This document shows, piece after piece, positions 1 to 10,571 of a stretch of 64,000 nt of DNA (the stretch's first letter is position 1; the number at the start of each line of letters is the position of its first letter). The stretch comes from an uncultured bacterium (lineage in GTDB: Bacteria; Bacillota_I; Bacilli_A; RF39; UBA660), in assembly GCA_947169285.1 (NCBI GenBank), contig CAMVPB010000005.1:545-64544 (forward strand), given 5' to 3'. A program made the position numbers and the translations under genes. Below the pieces are notes generated by a model, which ran no database searches, had not been told where the DNA came from, and saw nothing but the letters and a program-made list of their open reading frames with translations.

Positions 1-1644
<1,644 letters not shown>

Positions 1645-1882
1645 AAGAATTCTAAGGATACTCCTTAGTCACCGAAATCTTGTATGCGAAGCGTACAAGA
1701 TATCTAGGGGGTTATATATCTTGGATACCATGATATATTATTTAATAAGTAAATAAAATTATGACTTTATAGACTCTAAATGCGCTATATATTTTAGGCT
1801 ATTTAAGAAAGCCAATAAGGTTAAGCTTGACACAGCGTATCAAATGTGATATAATAAAACCAATTTTTAAGGGGGAATTTTA

Positions 1883-2599
1883 ATGATAATTCAAAGTTTA
1901 AATATGGACATGTTAATGCCAGATGATCAAATAGAATATGAAAAACAAAAAGAAGAAGAAAGACGCAAAAAATTAAAATCAGAAATGGAAGAAATTATAT
2001 GCGAAAAATTTTCTGATAAAGATTTAAGTGAAATACAACACTATAAGAAAGAAATATTTGATTATTTAGTTCTTAATGGTAATTTGGACTTAACAGATAA
2101 TACTTCAAAATTAGAAATTTTTATTAAAACTTGTTATAGAATATTAAGCAAAAAAGACGTTTCTTTAAATGAATATGTTTTATTACAATCTTTATCAAGA
2201 ACATCTAAAAATGAAGTGGCGGAGGAAATACAAAGACAATATAAAGAAGCTAAAGATATTGTAATTTCAGTTGCAACAGAAAAATGTATAGAACAAGGTG
2301 AAACAACTTTGGATGATGATTCTATTAATAAAACTGTTGATGAATTAGTTGAACAATACAAAACTGGAAATTTAGATGAAATTGGATTTAATGCTGTTTA
2401 TGAAAAATATAAAGATGAATCTAATGAAGTCAAAGCACTTATTTGTAAATCTTTAGGTTTTACTTCATTCGAGGAATTAGAAAGCAATAATTCACTTACT
2501 AACGCTATAGCAACAATTATATATTTAGAATCAAATACTGATTTAGGTTTAAATTCTCATTTGAGAGACACAAAATTAAAATTACAAAAAGTTAAATAA
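1883..2599 (+). CDS. Hypothetical acidic protein, 238 aa
   Basis: Long ORF preceded by an RBS (aagggggaa). Composition is glutamate/aspartate-rich, with no recognisable motif. Confidence 0.5.
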   Translation: MIIQSLNMDMLMPDDQIEYEKQKEEERRKKLKSEMEEIICEKFSDKDLSEIQHYKKEIFDYLVLNGNLDLTDNTSKLEIFIKTCYRILSKKDVSLNEYVLLQSLSRTSKNEVAEEIQRQYKEAKDIVISVATEKCIEQGETTLDDDSINKTVDELVEQYKTGNLDEIGFNAVYEKYKDESNEVKALICKSLGFTSFEELESNNSLTNAIATIIYLESNTDLGLNSHLRDTKLKLQKVK

Positions 2600-2651
2600 A
2601 AAATAGAAGTCACAGTTAACAATAAAAATTGTGACTTTTTAAATGGTAAAA

Positions 2652-2875
2652 TATACTCCCACAAAGAGCATGTTTTTTTACTTTTTTATATCAGGATAAG
2701 AGGTGCGGTATCGCAACACTAGAATTTAAAGATAAATTCTAGTGTTTTTGTGACACCACTTATTTTGCACTTGCAAAATTGCTCCCACAGAGCATTTTAG
2801 TTTAATGAATCTCTTTATTTAAAAGAAATAAATGCTCCCGTTTTTGATTTTTTTAGAAAATCTGTGGGAGCAAAT
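2652..2875 (+). repeat. Copy 1 of a ~220-bp interspersed structured noncoding repeat (the 220-bp repeat family)
   Basis: Aligns with 7316..7533 (inverted), 8566..8776 and 13237..13426. It contains the ctcccacaaagagc / gctcccacagagc / tctgtgggagc motifs and a hairpin acactagaattt...aaattctagtgt followed by a T-tract. Confidence 0.8.
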
Positions 2876-3107
2876 TTTCATTTAATTATCTCTTTTTTTA
2901 TCAATTTGAGAAATATTTAGACTAGTAAAAAACAAAAGATTGTGTTATATTGTATTTAGAAATGGTATTTATTAGTTGTTCTTTTAGATATAAGTGTTCA
3001 AAATAGGCTCTTGTATCGCACCATTATGGATTAAACAAACAACAAGTTTGTTTTTTTATTTGGTATAAAATTAACATTTTAGTAAATCATATTAGTGGAG
3101 GACTAAT

Positions 3108-3536
3108 ATGGGTGAAAATATAAATGCTTTAGATGAAATACACAAAGGATCATGCATGGGTTGTGACGCTATTAGTTTTGTTTTAGATAAAGTTGAAGAT
3201 AGAGAATTTAAAAGTGAACTTGAAAGTGAGTTTAATTTTTATAAATCTATTGAAAGTAGGGTAGACAAAATTTACTCAAAGTATGATGATGGGGAACCGC
3301 ATGAAACTGGAATTATGACTAAAGCTATGACTTGGTCAGGAATTGAAATGAAAACAATGAGTGATCATAGTAATTCTAAAATAGCTGAACTTTTGCTTCA
3401 AGGTGTTAACATGGGAATAATTGAGGGAAGAAGAATACTTAATAAAAAGAAAATAAATAACGAAGTAAGTAAAATAGTTTCAGAATATGTTGAAACACAA
3501 GAAAAATTTATGGAAACACTAAAAAGATATTTATAA
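3108..3536 (+). CDS. Hypothetical protein, 142 aa
   Basis: ORF with RBS (gtggaggact) upstream. No confident family assignment. Confidence 0.45.
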   Translation: MGENINALDEIHKGSCMGCDAISFVLDKVEDREFKSELESEFNFYKSIESRVDKIYSKYDDGEPHETGIMTKAMTWSGIEMKTMSDHSNSKIAELLLQGVNMGIIEGRRILNKKKINNEVSKIVSEYVETQEKFMETLKRYL

Positions 3537-3602
3537 TATCACTATAGAAAAGTGATATTTTATTTTTTTTAAAATATGTGTTAATATAATATTGGTGATA
3601 AT

Positions 3603-3962
3603 ATGAAAAAAGGTTTTACATTAGTTGAAGTATTAGTAGTAATAGTGCTTTTGTCAATAATAATTGCAATTGCCATCCCTTCTATATCAAAAATTAGAGA
3701 GAATATAATTGACAAAGAAGAACAAACACAAATAAAAGAAATTAAATCAGCAGCATCTTTTTATGCAAGAGATGAAAAAAAATCAAACTGTTGTATAACT
3801 GTTTCTGAATTAGTATCAAAAGGATATTTAAAAGGTAATGAAGAAAGTAAAGTAATTAATCCTAAAACTCATGAAGAAATAAATGTTAAAATTTATATAG
3901 ATAACAACAAAAAAATAACATATGATTATAGTGAAACTTGTGGAAATTGTGAAAACAATTAA
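3603..3962 (+). CDS. Prepilin-type N-terminal cleavage/methylation domain protein (type IV pilin/pseudopilin-like), 119 aa
   Basis: N-terminus MKKGFTLVEVLVVIVLLSIIIAIAIPS is the classic G|FTLxE prepilin leader plus hydrophobic helix. It is a lone gene with no pilus assembly neighbours. Confidence 0.6.
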   Translation: MKKGFTLVEVLVVIVLLSIIIAIAIPSISKIRENIIDKEEQTQIKEIKSAASFYARDEKKSNCCITVSELVSKGYLKGNEESKVINPKTHEEINVKIYIDNNKKITYDYSETCGNCENN

Positions 3963-4016
3963 TATTTAACTTGCTAATTATTAAATTTTATGTTATATTA
4001 CTATTGCTTTTGAAAT

Positions 4017-4092
4017 GGCGGTATTGGTGAAGTGGTAACACGGTAGATTGTGGCTCTATTATGCGTGGGTTCGATTCCCACATACCGCCCCA
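4017..4092 (+). tRNA. tRNA-His (anticodon GTG), with the extra G-1 and encoded CCA
   Basis: A cloverleaf was read by hand. Acceptor is GCGGTAT/ATACCGC with G-1 opposite C73. Anticodon stem is GTAGA/TCTAT and the loop TTGTGGC gives anticodon GTG. The T-arm is GTGGG-TTCGATT-CCCAC. Confidence 0.85.
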
Positions 4093-4248
4093 TATTGAAA
4101 TCCCGTCGAACTTTTATAGTTTGACTTGGCATATATAAGGTTTTTCGATAGAAAAACTTTTTTTGTTGTTTATAAAAGAGTGTTTAGTAATACTAAAAAC
4201 AAATAAATTATATAAAAAACATAAAATAATGGTATAATATTAATTAAT

Positions 4249-5166
4249 TTGGAGATGGAAACTATGTATAAGACAAATATTAATTTGAATTTATATAAAA
4301 CATTTTATGATGTAGCTAAATATGGTAGTATTTCAAAAGCAGCACAGTATGGATTTACATCACAACCTGCAATAAGTAAATCAATTAAAAAACTTGAAGA
4401 AGAACTTGGAGTTAAACTATTCTATAGAAATTTAAATGGAGTAGAATTAACAGATAAAGGTAAAGAACTATTATATTTTGTTGAAAAGTCATATAGTAAT
4501 TTAGTTATAGCAGAAAGAACTATGCTAGAAACTGAAAATCTTGAAAGAGGTAAACTATCTATTGGTATGCCATCTAATATTGGGTCATTTTACTTATTTG
4601 ATAAAATAATTAATTTTCATAAAAAGTATCCTAAAATAGAAATAACAATAATAACAGGTTCAACTTCACAATTAATTAATTTACTAGATTCTCACAAAGT
4701 TGATTTTGTTATAGATACTTCTCCAATTAATATAAAAAAGAATGATGAAATTAAAATAGCAAAGTTAGATGAAGTGAGTTATTGCTTTGTTGCTAAAAAT
4801 GAAAAATATAAGAATATAACTACATTAAGTGATTTAAAAGATAAACCTTTAATATTACCAATACCAGGAACAGCTAATAGAAAAGATTTAGATGAACTAT
4901 TAATAAATAAAAAAGTAGAAATAGAAAATGTTATAAATATACATACTAGTGAAATGATAATTTCAGCTGTGAAAAAAGATTTAGGAATAGGTTATATAAT
5001 TTATAATCTTATTGAAGATGATATTAAAAATAATGAATTAATAAAATTAGATATTAAAGAAGAATTACCGACTGTTCAAATAAATATTGTTTACAACAAA
5101 AATTTCTTAACAACTGCTCCTAAGAAATTTATTGAAGATTATATAGATAATAATTTCAAATTATAG
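4249..5166 (+). CDS. LysR-family transcriptional regulator (likely true start at the Met at 4264)
   Basis: N-terminal HTH region LNLYKTFYDVAKYGSISKAAQYGFTSQPAISKSIKKLEEELGVKLFYR is typical of LysR. The C-terminal substrate-binding portion is ~300 aa. A hairpin terminator follows at 5215..5250. Confidence 0.8.
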   Translation: MEMETMYKTNINLNLYKTFYDVAKYGSISKAAQYGFTSQPAISKSIKKLEEELGVKLFYRNLNGVELTDKGKELLYFVEKSYSNLVIAERTMLETENLERGKLSIGMPSNIGSFYLFDKIINFHKKYPKIEITIITGSTSQLINLLDSHKVDFVIDTSPINIKKNDEIKIAKLDEVSYCFVAKNEKYKNITTLSDLKDKPLILPIPGTANRKDLDELLINKKVEIENVINIHTSEMIISAVKKDLGIGYIIYNLIEDDIKNNELIKLDIKEELPTVQINIVYNKNFLTTAPKKFIEDYIDNNFKL

Positions 5167-5277
5167 AATCTATATTAAAAAGTTATACCTATAATTTAAA
5201 ATAATATAAAACATGAAAAACGGATATTTGTAAAAAATATCCGTTCATTTTATAATTTATTTGAAAGGAAGAAAATT

Positions 5278-6267
5278 ATGATTAAAAATTTAGGAACATT
5301 TAAAGATTTTTGCGATGGGACTTTAAAAACAGTTTTTGATGTTGGCAATAAAAAAATAATTGAAATGTCATTATTATTTAATAAAGCAGATAAAGATGTT
5401 GTATGTGTACCAACGCATCATTTCTGTAATTTAGGATGTAAGATGTGTCATTTAACTAATAAAGGATTAAATAAAAAAATGACTCCAATAAATTCAGAAG
5501 ACTTTATGGAATGTTTATATAAGTCACTAACAAAAGATAATATAAGGAAAACTGATAAAGATAAATTGCTCATATCATTTATGGGAGTGGGGGAACCTTT
5601 ATTAAATCTTAAATTAATAGAAGAAGTTTATAAAAATGAAAATATAATAAAAGAAAAATTGGGGTATAAAGATATAGGATATGCTATTGCGACTATGATG
5701 CCTAATGATAATATTTTAAAATTAAAAGAGATGGTTTGTAGATTAAATATACCACTTAAAGTTCATTTTTCATTGCATACTCCAATTGATAATGAAAGGC
5801 GTAATTTAATACCAAGCACAAACGTTTCTGTAGAGGATGCATTAGCCTATTTAGTTAATTATAGAAATAGTTTACAATCAAATAAAGAATTGATGGAAAA
5901 ATATATTAAATTACACACTACAAATGATCCGATTGAGATTCATTATACTTTAATCAAAGGAGTAAACGATCAAAAAGAGGAATTGGCTAAATTATGCGAA
6001 TTACTACATAAGTATAATATTCCAATTAAGTTTATTAGATTTAATCCAACACAAGATATGCAAAGAAGTGAAAATGAAGAAAAATGGGTCAATGAAATTT
6101 CTAATAGTGTGCCTGGACTTAGGATTAAAACATATTCTCCACCTGGTAAAGAAGTAGGTAGTTCTTGTGGTGAATTTACAAAACATTATTATCATGAAGA
6201 AATTGAAACTGAAGCTCAAAAAGAAGAATTTGAAAAATGGAAAGTAAAACATTTAGTGCTTGAATAG
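5278..6267 (+). CDS. Radical SAM enzyme of the RlmN/Cfr family (rRNA/tRNA adenine C2/C8 methyltransferase-like), 329 aa
   Basis: It has the CNLGCKMC CxxxCxxC cluster motif, an upstream Cys in VVCVPT and a C-terminal GSSCGEF. Blocks ISFMGVGEPLLNL, HFSLHTPIDNERRNLIP, IHYTLIKGVNDQ and IKFIRFNP parallel RlmN blocks, including both mechanistic cysteines. Confidence 0.7.
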   Translation: MIKNLGTFKDFCDGTLKTVFDVGNKKIIEMSLLFNKADKDVVCVPTHHFCNLGCKMCHLTNKGLNKKMTPINSEDFMECLYKSLTKDNIRKTDKDKLLISFMGVGEPLLNLKLIEEVYKNENIIKEKLGYKDIGYAIATMMPNDNILKLKEMVCRLNIPLKVHFSLHTPIDNERRNLIPSTNVSVEDALAYLVNYRNSLQSNKELMEKYIKLHTTNDPIEIHYTLIKGVNDQKEELAKLCELLHKYNIPIKFIRFNPTQDMQRSENEEKWVNEISNSVPGLRIKTYSPPGKEVGSSCGEFTKHYYHEEIETEAQKEEFEKWKVKHLVLE

Positions 6268-6281
6268 GAGGAAAAAATAAT

Positions 6282-6680
6282 ATGAATAAAGAATATATGG
6301 AAGTAAGAGAATTTCATAAAGCGTTTAATCATCCAGTTGCTGATAAGCCAACACAATTAACGTTTGAAAGGGCTAAAAAAAGATATTTGTGGATGCTAGA
6401 AGAAATAAATGAATTTATTGAAGCCGTTAAAAATAAAGATATAGTAGAACAAGCAGATGCAATGATAGATACAATTTATTTTGCCCTTGGAACTTTAGTG
6501 GAGATGGGAATTGAACCAGATGCTTTGTTTGAAATAGTTCAAAAAGCAAATATGAGTAAATTATTTCCTGATGGCAAACCTCATTATAATGAAATGGGAA
6601 AAGTAATTAAACCACAAAATTGGGAAGATCCGCATCCCAAATTAGAGCTAACCATAAAAAATATGAATAATTCTAATTAG
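6282..6680 (+). CDS. MazG-like all-alpha nucleoside triphosphate pyrophosphohydrolase family protein, 132 aa
   Basis: Acidic helix pattern LEEINEFIEAVKNKDIVEQADAMIDTIYFALG is typical of the MazG/HisE-like NTP-PPase fold. Confidence 0.5.
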   Translation: MNKEYMEVREFHKAFNHPVADKPTQLTFERAKKRYLWMLEEINEFIEAVKNKDIVEQADAMIDTIYFALGTLVEMGIEPDALFEIVQKANMSKLFPDGKPHYNEMGKVIKPQNWEDPHPKLELTIKNMNNSN

Positions 6681-6775
6681 AAAAGATATTATAAAAAAAT
6701 AAGATACTTTAATAAAAGATTTTAAGGATTGGTTTTATTTAAAAAGATACTAAAACATAGTATAATGTTATTGAG

Positions 6776-7297
6776 ATGAGCAATATGGAAACAATAGTAA
6801 TAAACAATAACAATTTGACTGATAAAGATATTAATGAATATGGTAAAAAAGTAAGAGCAGTTTTATTTGATGAAGAAAAAATATTAATATCTTGTTATGG
6901 TGGAGTTATATTATTGCCTGGTGGAAGTATTGATAAAAATGAAACTTCAGATCAAGCAATTGTAAGAGAATTAAAAGAAGAAACAGGTATTATATATAAT
7001 ATAAAAGACTTGAAAAAGTTACTAGTTGTTAAGCATTATCAACAAAATTATCTGACTAGAAATGAATCCATTAAAAATAGATTAATAAGCACTGAATATT
7101 ATATTGGAAAATATCAAGGAATTAATTTAGATGAAACTCACATGACAGATAAAGAATTAAAAGATAACTTTAATTTGAAATTAGTAAATATAAATGAATT
7201 ACAAAATTTATTAAATAAAATAACAAATAATCCAAGAAAAAATTTTTTTGATGAAGAAATAAGAGAAGTTATTCACACTTTAACTCTTAAAAAGTAA
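6776..7297 (+). CDS. NUDIX hydrolase, 173 aa
   Basis: Nudix box GGSIDKNETSDQAIVRELKEETGI fits Gx5Ex7REUxEExGU. Confidence 0.8.
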   Translation: MSNMETIVINNNNLTDKDINEYGKKVRAVLFDEEKILISCYGGVILLPGGSIDKNETSDQAIVRELKEETGIIYNIKDLKKLLVVKHYQQNYLTRNESIKNRLISTEYYIGKYQGINLDETHMTDKELKDNFNLKLVNINELQNLLNKITNNPRKNFFDEEIREVIHTLTLKK

Positions 7298-7315
7298 TAA
7301 CATTATAAAATAATA

Positions 7316-7533
7316 TGCTCCCACAGATTTTTTAAAAAAATCAAAAATGGGAGCATTTATTTCTTTTAAATAAAGAGAATAATTAAGTTAAAATGCTTTG
7401 TGGGAGCAATTTTGCAAGTGCAAAATAAGTGGTGTCATAAAAATATAGGTATTTCCTAGAAATATTTATATTTTGACACCTCATACTTATCCTGATATAA
7501 AAAAGTAATATTTTATGTATTCTATAGGAGCAA
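7316..7533 (-). repeat. Copy 2 of the 220-bp repeat family, inverted relative to copy 1
   Basis: The reverse complement aligns with 2652..2875 over about 190 bp (gacaccacttattttgcacttgcaaaattgctcccaca...aaatctgtgggagc). The internal hairpin has a different sequence but the same position and is followed by a T-tract. Confidence 0.8.
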
Positions 7534-7555
7534 AAAAATATTATTTAAAATCTTA

Positions 7556-7609
7556 TTGAAATTAATATTTGTTTTATATATAATATTAAGACATAAGGGA
7601 GGTTTTAGG
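7556..7609 (+). promoter_or_regulatory. Conserved promoter plus RBS module (TTGAAA-17-TATAAT ... acataagggagg), duplicated at 10518..10571
   Basis: Near-identical ~50-nt sequences precede two unrelated ORFs. The six-frame track reads them as a shared fake N-terminus MKLI.VL.IILRHKGGF. Confidence 0.6.
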
Positions 7610-8353
7610 ATGTTAAAATATTTGAATTATGATAATTATAACGTAGATGAAGAACTTTTAAAAATTGAAAATTGTGAAGAAGCAGAAATAGTATTAGAAC
7701 CAAGGAATAAAAAATGTTTATTTATTTTAGGGATGCTATTTGTAAATGGAGTTAAGATAAAGATCTTGAATGAAAATGATTTGAATCTTGAAGAAACAAA
7801 TAAATCATTTTCTATGATGCCATATGTATGGAGTAAAATAGGTGATAATAGTTTTCCAGCACCTGATTATTCTAATGTAAGAACCGAAATGGATAGAAGA
7901 GTAGAAAATGTTAAAAGAATGGGTTGTAAAGTAAATAGAATAGAAAACAATCCAATAGATAATAAAATATTTTTGATTTGTCCTGTAAGAAATGCTACTG
8001 AAGAACAAAGAAAATGGATTGAAAACTTTACTAAAGAGAAATATAACAACGGATATATAATTCATGCTCCACATCTTCATACAAGACAAACGGATTTGTT
8101 TGGCGGATATGCTATATGCAAACAAAATGCAGAGGCAGTAGCTACTTCTGAAGAAATTTACATATACTATGATCAATCAAGTACAGGTAGTGTATTTGAT
8201 TTAGGAGTGGCTTATGCATTACATAAACCATTAAAAGTATTAAATAAAGAAGAAATAGTTTTTAATGAAGATGATTTCATAGATAATATTGTAAAGACTT
8301 GGCCTTATAATTTAAAGACAAAAGTAAGAACTTTATCTAAAGAAAATATGTAA
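7610..8353 (+). CDS. Hypothetical protein with C-terminal nucleoside 2-deoxyribosyltransferase-like (NDT/Rcl-like) domain, ~247 aa from internal ATG
   Basis: Motifs KIFLICPVRNATEEQ and DQSSTGSVFDLGVAYALHKPLKV resemble the NDT-family GP-loop and DxGTxFExG(Y/A)A blocks. The start is placed after the conserved promoter/RBS module. Confidence 0.5.
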   Translation: MLKYLNYDNYNVDEELLKIENCEEAEIVLEPRNKKCLFILGMLFVNGVKIKILNENDLNLEETNKSFSMMPYVWSKIGDNSFPAPDYSNVRTEMDRRVENVKRMGCKVNRIENNPIDNKIFLICPVRNATEEQRKWIENFTKEKYNNGYIIHAPHLHTRQTDLFGGYAICKQNAEAVATSEEIYIYYDQSSTGSVFDLGVAYALHKPLKVLNKEEIVFNEDDFIDNIVKTWPYNLKTKVRTLSKENM

Positions 8354-8504
8354 AGAGAATCTGCACTTATGTTTTAAAAAATTGACTTTGCAAAATCAAA
8401 AAAATATGATAATATTAGTTCAGTTAGTAATATATACTACTATTTTAAAGCATTATCTTGTTGCTCTACACAATTAAGATACGTGCTATAATGTTATTAG
8501 CGAT

Positions 8505-8565
8505 TAGTTGTATTAGCAACTTTCTTTAAAAGCAATAAGTTTTAAATCATCTTATTTATTGCTTA
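8505..8565 (+). repeat. Short palindromic repeat (agttgtattagcaact ... gcaataag-N-cttatttattgc), second copy at 14497..14557
   Basis: Direct sequence similarity between the two loci. Both lie just downstream of a gene. Confidence 0.55.
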
Positions 8566-8776
8566 CTAAAGAGCGTGTTTTTTTAACTATTTATATGAGA
8601 GCTGCGGTATCACAACACTAGAATTTGTTTGTAAATTCTAGTGTTTTTGTGACATCAATCTTATTTTGCGCTTGCAAAATTGCTCCCTAGAAATAATGTA
8701 CTTAATATTTATTGCCTTAAATACTAATGAAAATTGTTCCCAAAATGTCATTTTTTTGAAAAATGCGAGGGAGTAA
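8566..8776 (+). repeat. Copy 3 of the 220-bp repeat family
   Basis: Shares aaagagcgtgttttttt, gcggtatcacaacactagaattt...aaattctagtgtttttgtgaca, ttgcgcttgcaaaattgctccc and a gagggag right end with copies 1 and 4. Confidence 0.75.
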
Positions 8777-8875
8777 CTTTTTAACTGCTTTCCAAAATAT
8801 TTGACTTATTTTTTTGTTTACAATCATAATAAATATACTTATAATATTTTTGTAAAAAGGTGTATTATGCAAAAA

Positions 8876-8970
8876 GATAATATGCTAAAGCGCTAAATAA
8901 AGAAATTATTTATTACACTGATTTAAAAGAAGAAAATTTAGAAACTCAAATTCGAAAAAAATTAGTCTAG
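8876..8970 (+). pseudogene. Remnant 3' end of an NDT-like gene (YAKALNKEIIYYTDLKEENLETQIRKKLV*), duplicate of 11545..11640
   Basis: About 90% nucleotide identity to the 3' end of the frameshifted NDT-like gene at 11292..11637. The following attttaaagagtgttatttgatattaaaggag junction is shared as well. Confidence 0.6.
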
Positions 8971-9008
8971 ATTTTAAAGAGTGTTATTTGATATTAAAGG
9001 AGAAAATT

Positions 9009-9752
9009 ATGATGAATGTAAACAAAGAATTAATTGAGTATGTAGAAAATAATATAAAACCCATATATGTAAACAACAATTATGCTGGTCATGGTTGGGA
9101 ACATATTCAAAATGTAATAAGTCGTAGTTTTGAGTTAATGGAAAAATTCAAGTTAGAAATTAACCCTAATATGGTTTATGTTATAGCAGCATATCATGAT
9201 ATTGGTTATAAAGAAAATCCTGAAAATCATGAACAAGTATCAAGTGAAATGTTTTTACAAAATAAAGAAATTCAACATTTTTTTAGTGAAGAAGAAAATA
9301 GAATAATTGCTGAAGCTATAGTAGATCATAGAGCAAGTTTAGAATATGAAGCAAGAAGTGTCTACGGAAAATTAGTTTCCTCTGCTGATAGAGCTATTGA
9401 TGTTAATAATATGTTAGAAAGGTCAATTTCTTTTCAATATGAAAAGCATAAATTAGAAAATCCAACGATTCAAGATATTATTGAATATTCTTATAAGAAA
9501 CTATCAAGTAAATATGGAAATGGTGGATATGCTAAAATGTATTTTCAAGATGATAAATATTTAGAATATTTAAAAAAAGTGAATTTATTATTTTCAGACA
9601 AAGAAGAATTTATTAAAGCAGAGATGAATATTATTGCTAATAATTCACAATTATTACAAAAAATATATGTGAATCCAGAATTGAGAACATTATTAGAAGA
9701 TAAAGAAAAGAACATAAGTACTAAAAGAGTATATATAAAAAATAAAAAATGA
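9009..9752 (+). CDS. HD-domain metal-dependent phosphohydrolase, ~247 aa
   Basis: H...HD signature (GHGWEHIQNV ... VIAAYHDIGY). Start ATG at 9009 after RBS aaaggag; the track's TTG start at 8988 is less likely. Confidence 0.65.
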   Translation: MMNVNKELIEYVENNIKPIYVNNNYAGHGWEHIQNVISRSFELMEKFKLEINPNMVYVIAAYHDIGYKENPENHEQVSSEMFLQNKEIQHFFSEEENRIIAEAIVDHRASLEYEARSVYGKLVSSADRAIDVNNMLERSISFQYEKHKLENPTIQDIIEYSYKKLSSKYGNGGYAKMYFQDDKYLEYLKKVNLLFSDKEEFIKAEMNIIANNSQLLQKIYVNPELRTLLEDKEKNISTKRVYIKNKK

Positions 9753-9798
9753 AAACATAAATTTATTGATTATGTTAGGGTAAATATAGGAGGATTTT

Positions 9799-10503
9799 AT
9801 GAAAAAAATAACAGAGTTATTTATGGCTTATAAAAACGATTTTGCTAATAGTAATTTAAAAGATAATGAATTAATAGAGTTTGTAATGCCTTTTAACTTT
9901 TCTGATTTAAGCGATGTTGTTAATGGAAATATATTTTTAAAAAGCTATAATCAAAAAATATCAATAAAAGAATCATTAGATTTATTAGATTTATCAATAA
10001 AAAATAATAATAGGATAAGAGTGTGGACTAGTCATGTTGACCCTGATTATTATTTGTTTTTATTATTTATATGTTTTTATGTAAAGAATAAGATTGAATG
10101 TTTAGAAGTCTTTTATTCTGATGAATACAAAAGTGAATGTACAAGTACCGGAATGATGACTTCAAAAGAATTAGATAAATTATCATTGATGGGTCATAAA
10201 ATAGAAAAAAATGAAATAGAAGAATATGCTAATAAATGGGAGTCTTTAATTCAAGATGGAAGTAAAATACATATTTTCGAGAATAATGAATTAATTGGTG
10301 TGCCATATGATTATATTTATGAACAAATAATAGATTTCATAAAAAAAGAAAACAAAGTTAAAGTTGTTGAAATAGTTTTTGAATTTTCAAAAAAATATAA
10401 TATTGATGTTGATTATTTAATAAAGCAACTAATAGAAGATAAAAAGATTAAAGTATTAGAAAGCAATGAAATATTTTCTAAAATCATTGTTGGATTAAGT
10501 TAA
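9799..10503 (+). CDS. Hypothetical protein, 234 aa
   Basis: ORF with RBS (taggagga). No recognisable motif. Confidence 0.45.
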   Translation: MKKITELFMAYKNDFANSNLKDNELIEFVMPFNFSDLSDVVNGNIFLKSYNQKISIKESLDLLDLSIKNNNRIRVWTSHVDPDYYLFLLFICFYVKNKIECLEVFYSDEYKSECTSTGMMTSKELDKLSLMGHKIEKNEIEEYANKWESLIQDGSKIHIFENNELIGVPYDYIYEQIIDFIKKENKVKVVEIVFEFSKKYNIDVDYLIKQLIEDKKIKVLESNEIFSKIIVGLS

Positions 10504-10571
10504 TCTTAAATGAAATTGTATTGAAATTAATAAAAGTGTTGTGTATAATATTGAGACATAAGGGAGGATTT

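Noticed and set aside
2134-2361. Minus-strand ORFs nested in plus-strand genes (2134..2361, 6004..6252, 7805..8176, 7867..8049, 15684..15884, 17287..17505, 22154..22393, 32505..32915, 34082..34345, 40354..40683, 46647..47099 and others)
   Set aside because: These are antisense ORFs inside well-supported genes in an AT-rich genome, with low-complexity translations and no RBS. They are typical spurious frames.
7556-7609. Shared N-terminal peptide MKLI.VL.IILRHKGGF in the track ORFs at 7556 and 10521
   Set aside because: It is produced by translating a conserved promoter (TTGAAA-17-TATAAT) and RBS (taagggagg) region. The real starts are the ATGs at 7610 and 10572.
8988-9008. TTG start at 8988 for the HD-domain gene
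   Set aside because: An ATG at 9009 is correctly spaced from RBS aaaggag. The upstream stretch is the conserved junction sequence also found before the S51 gene.
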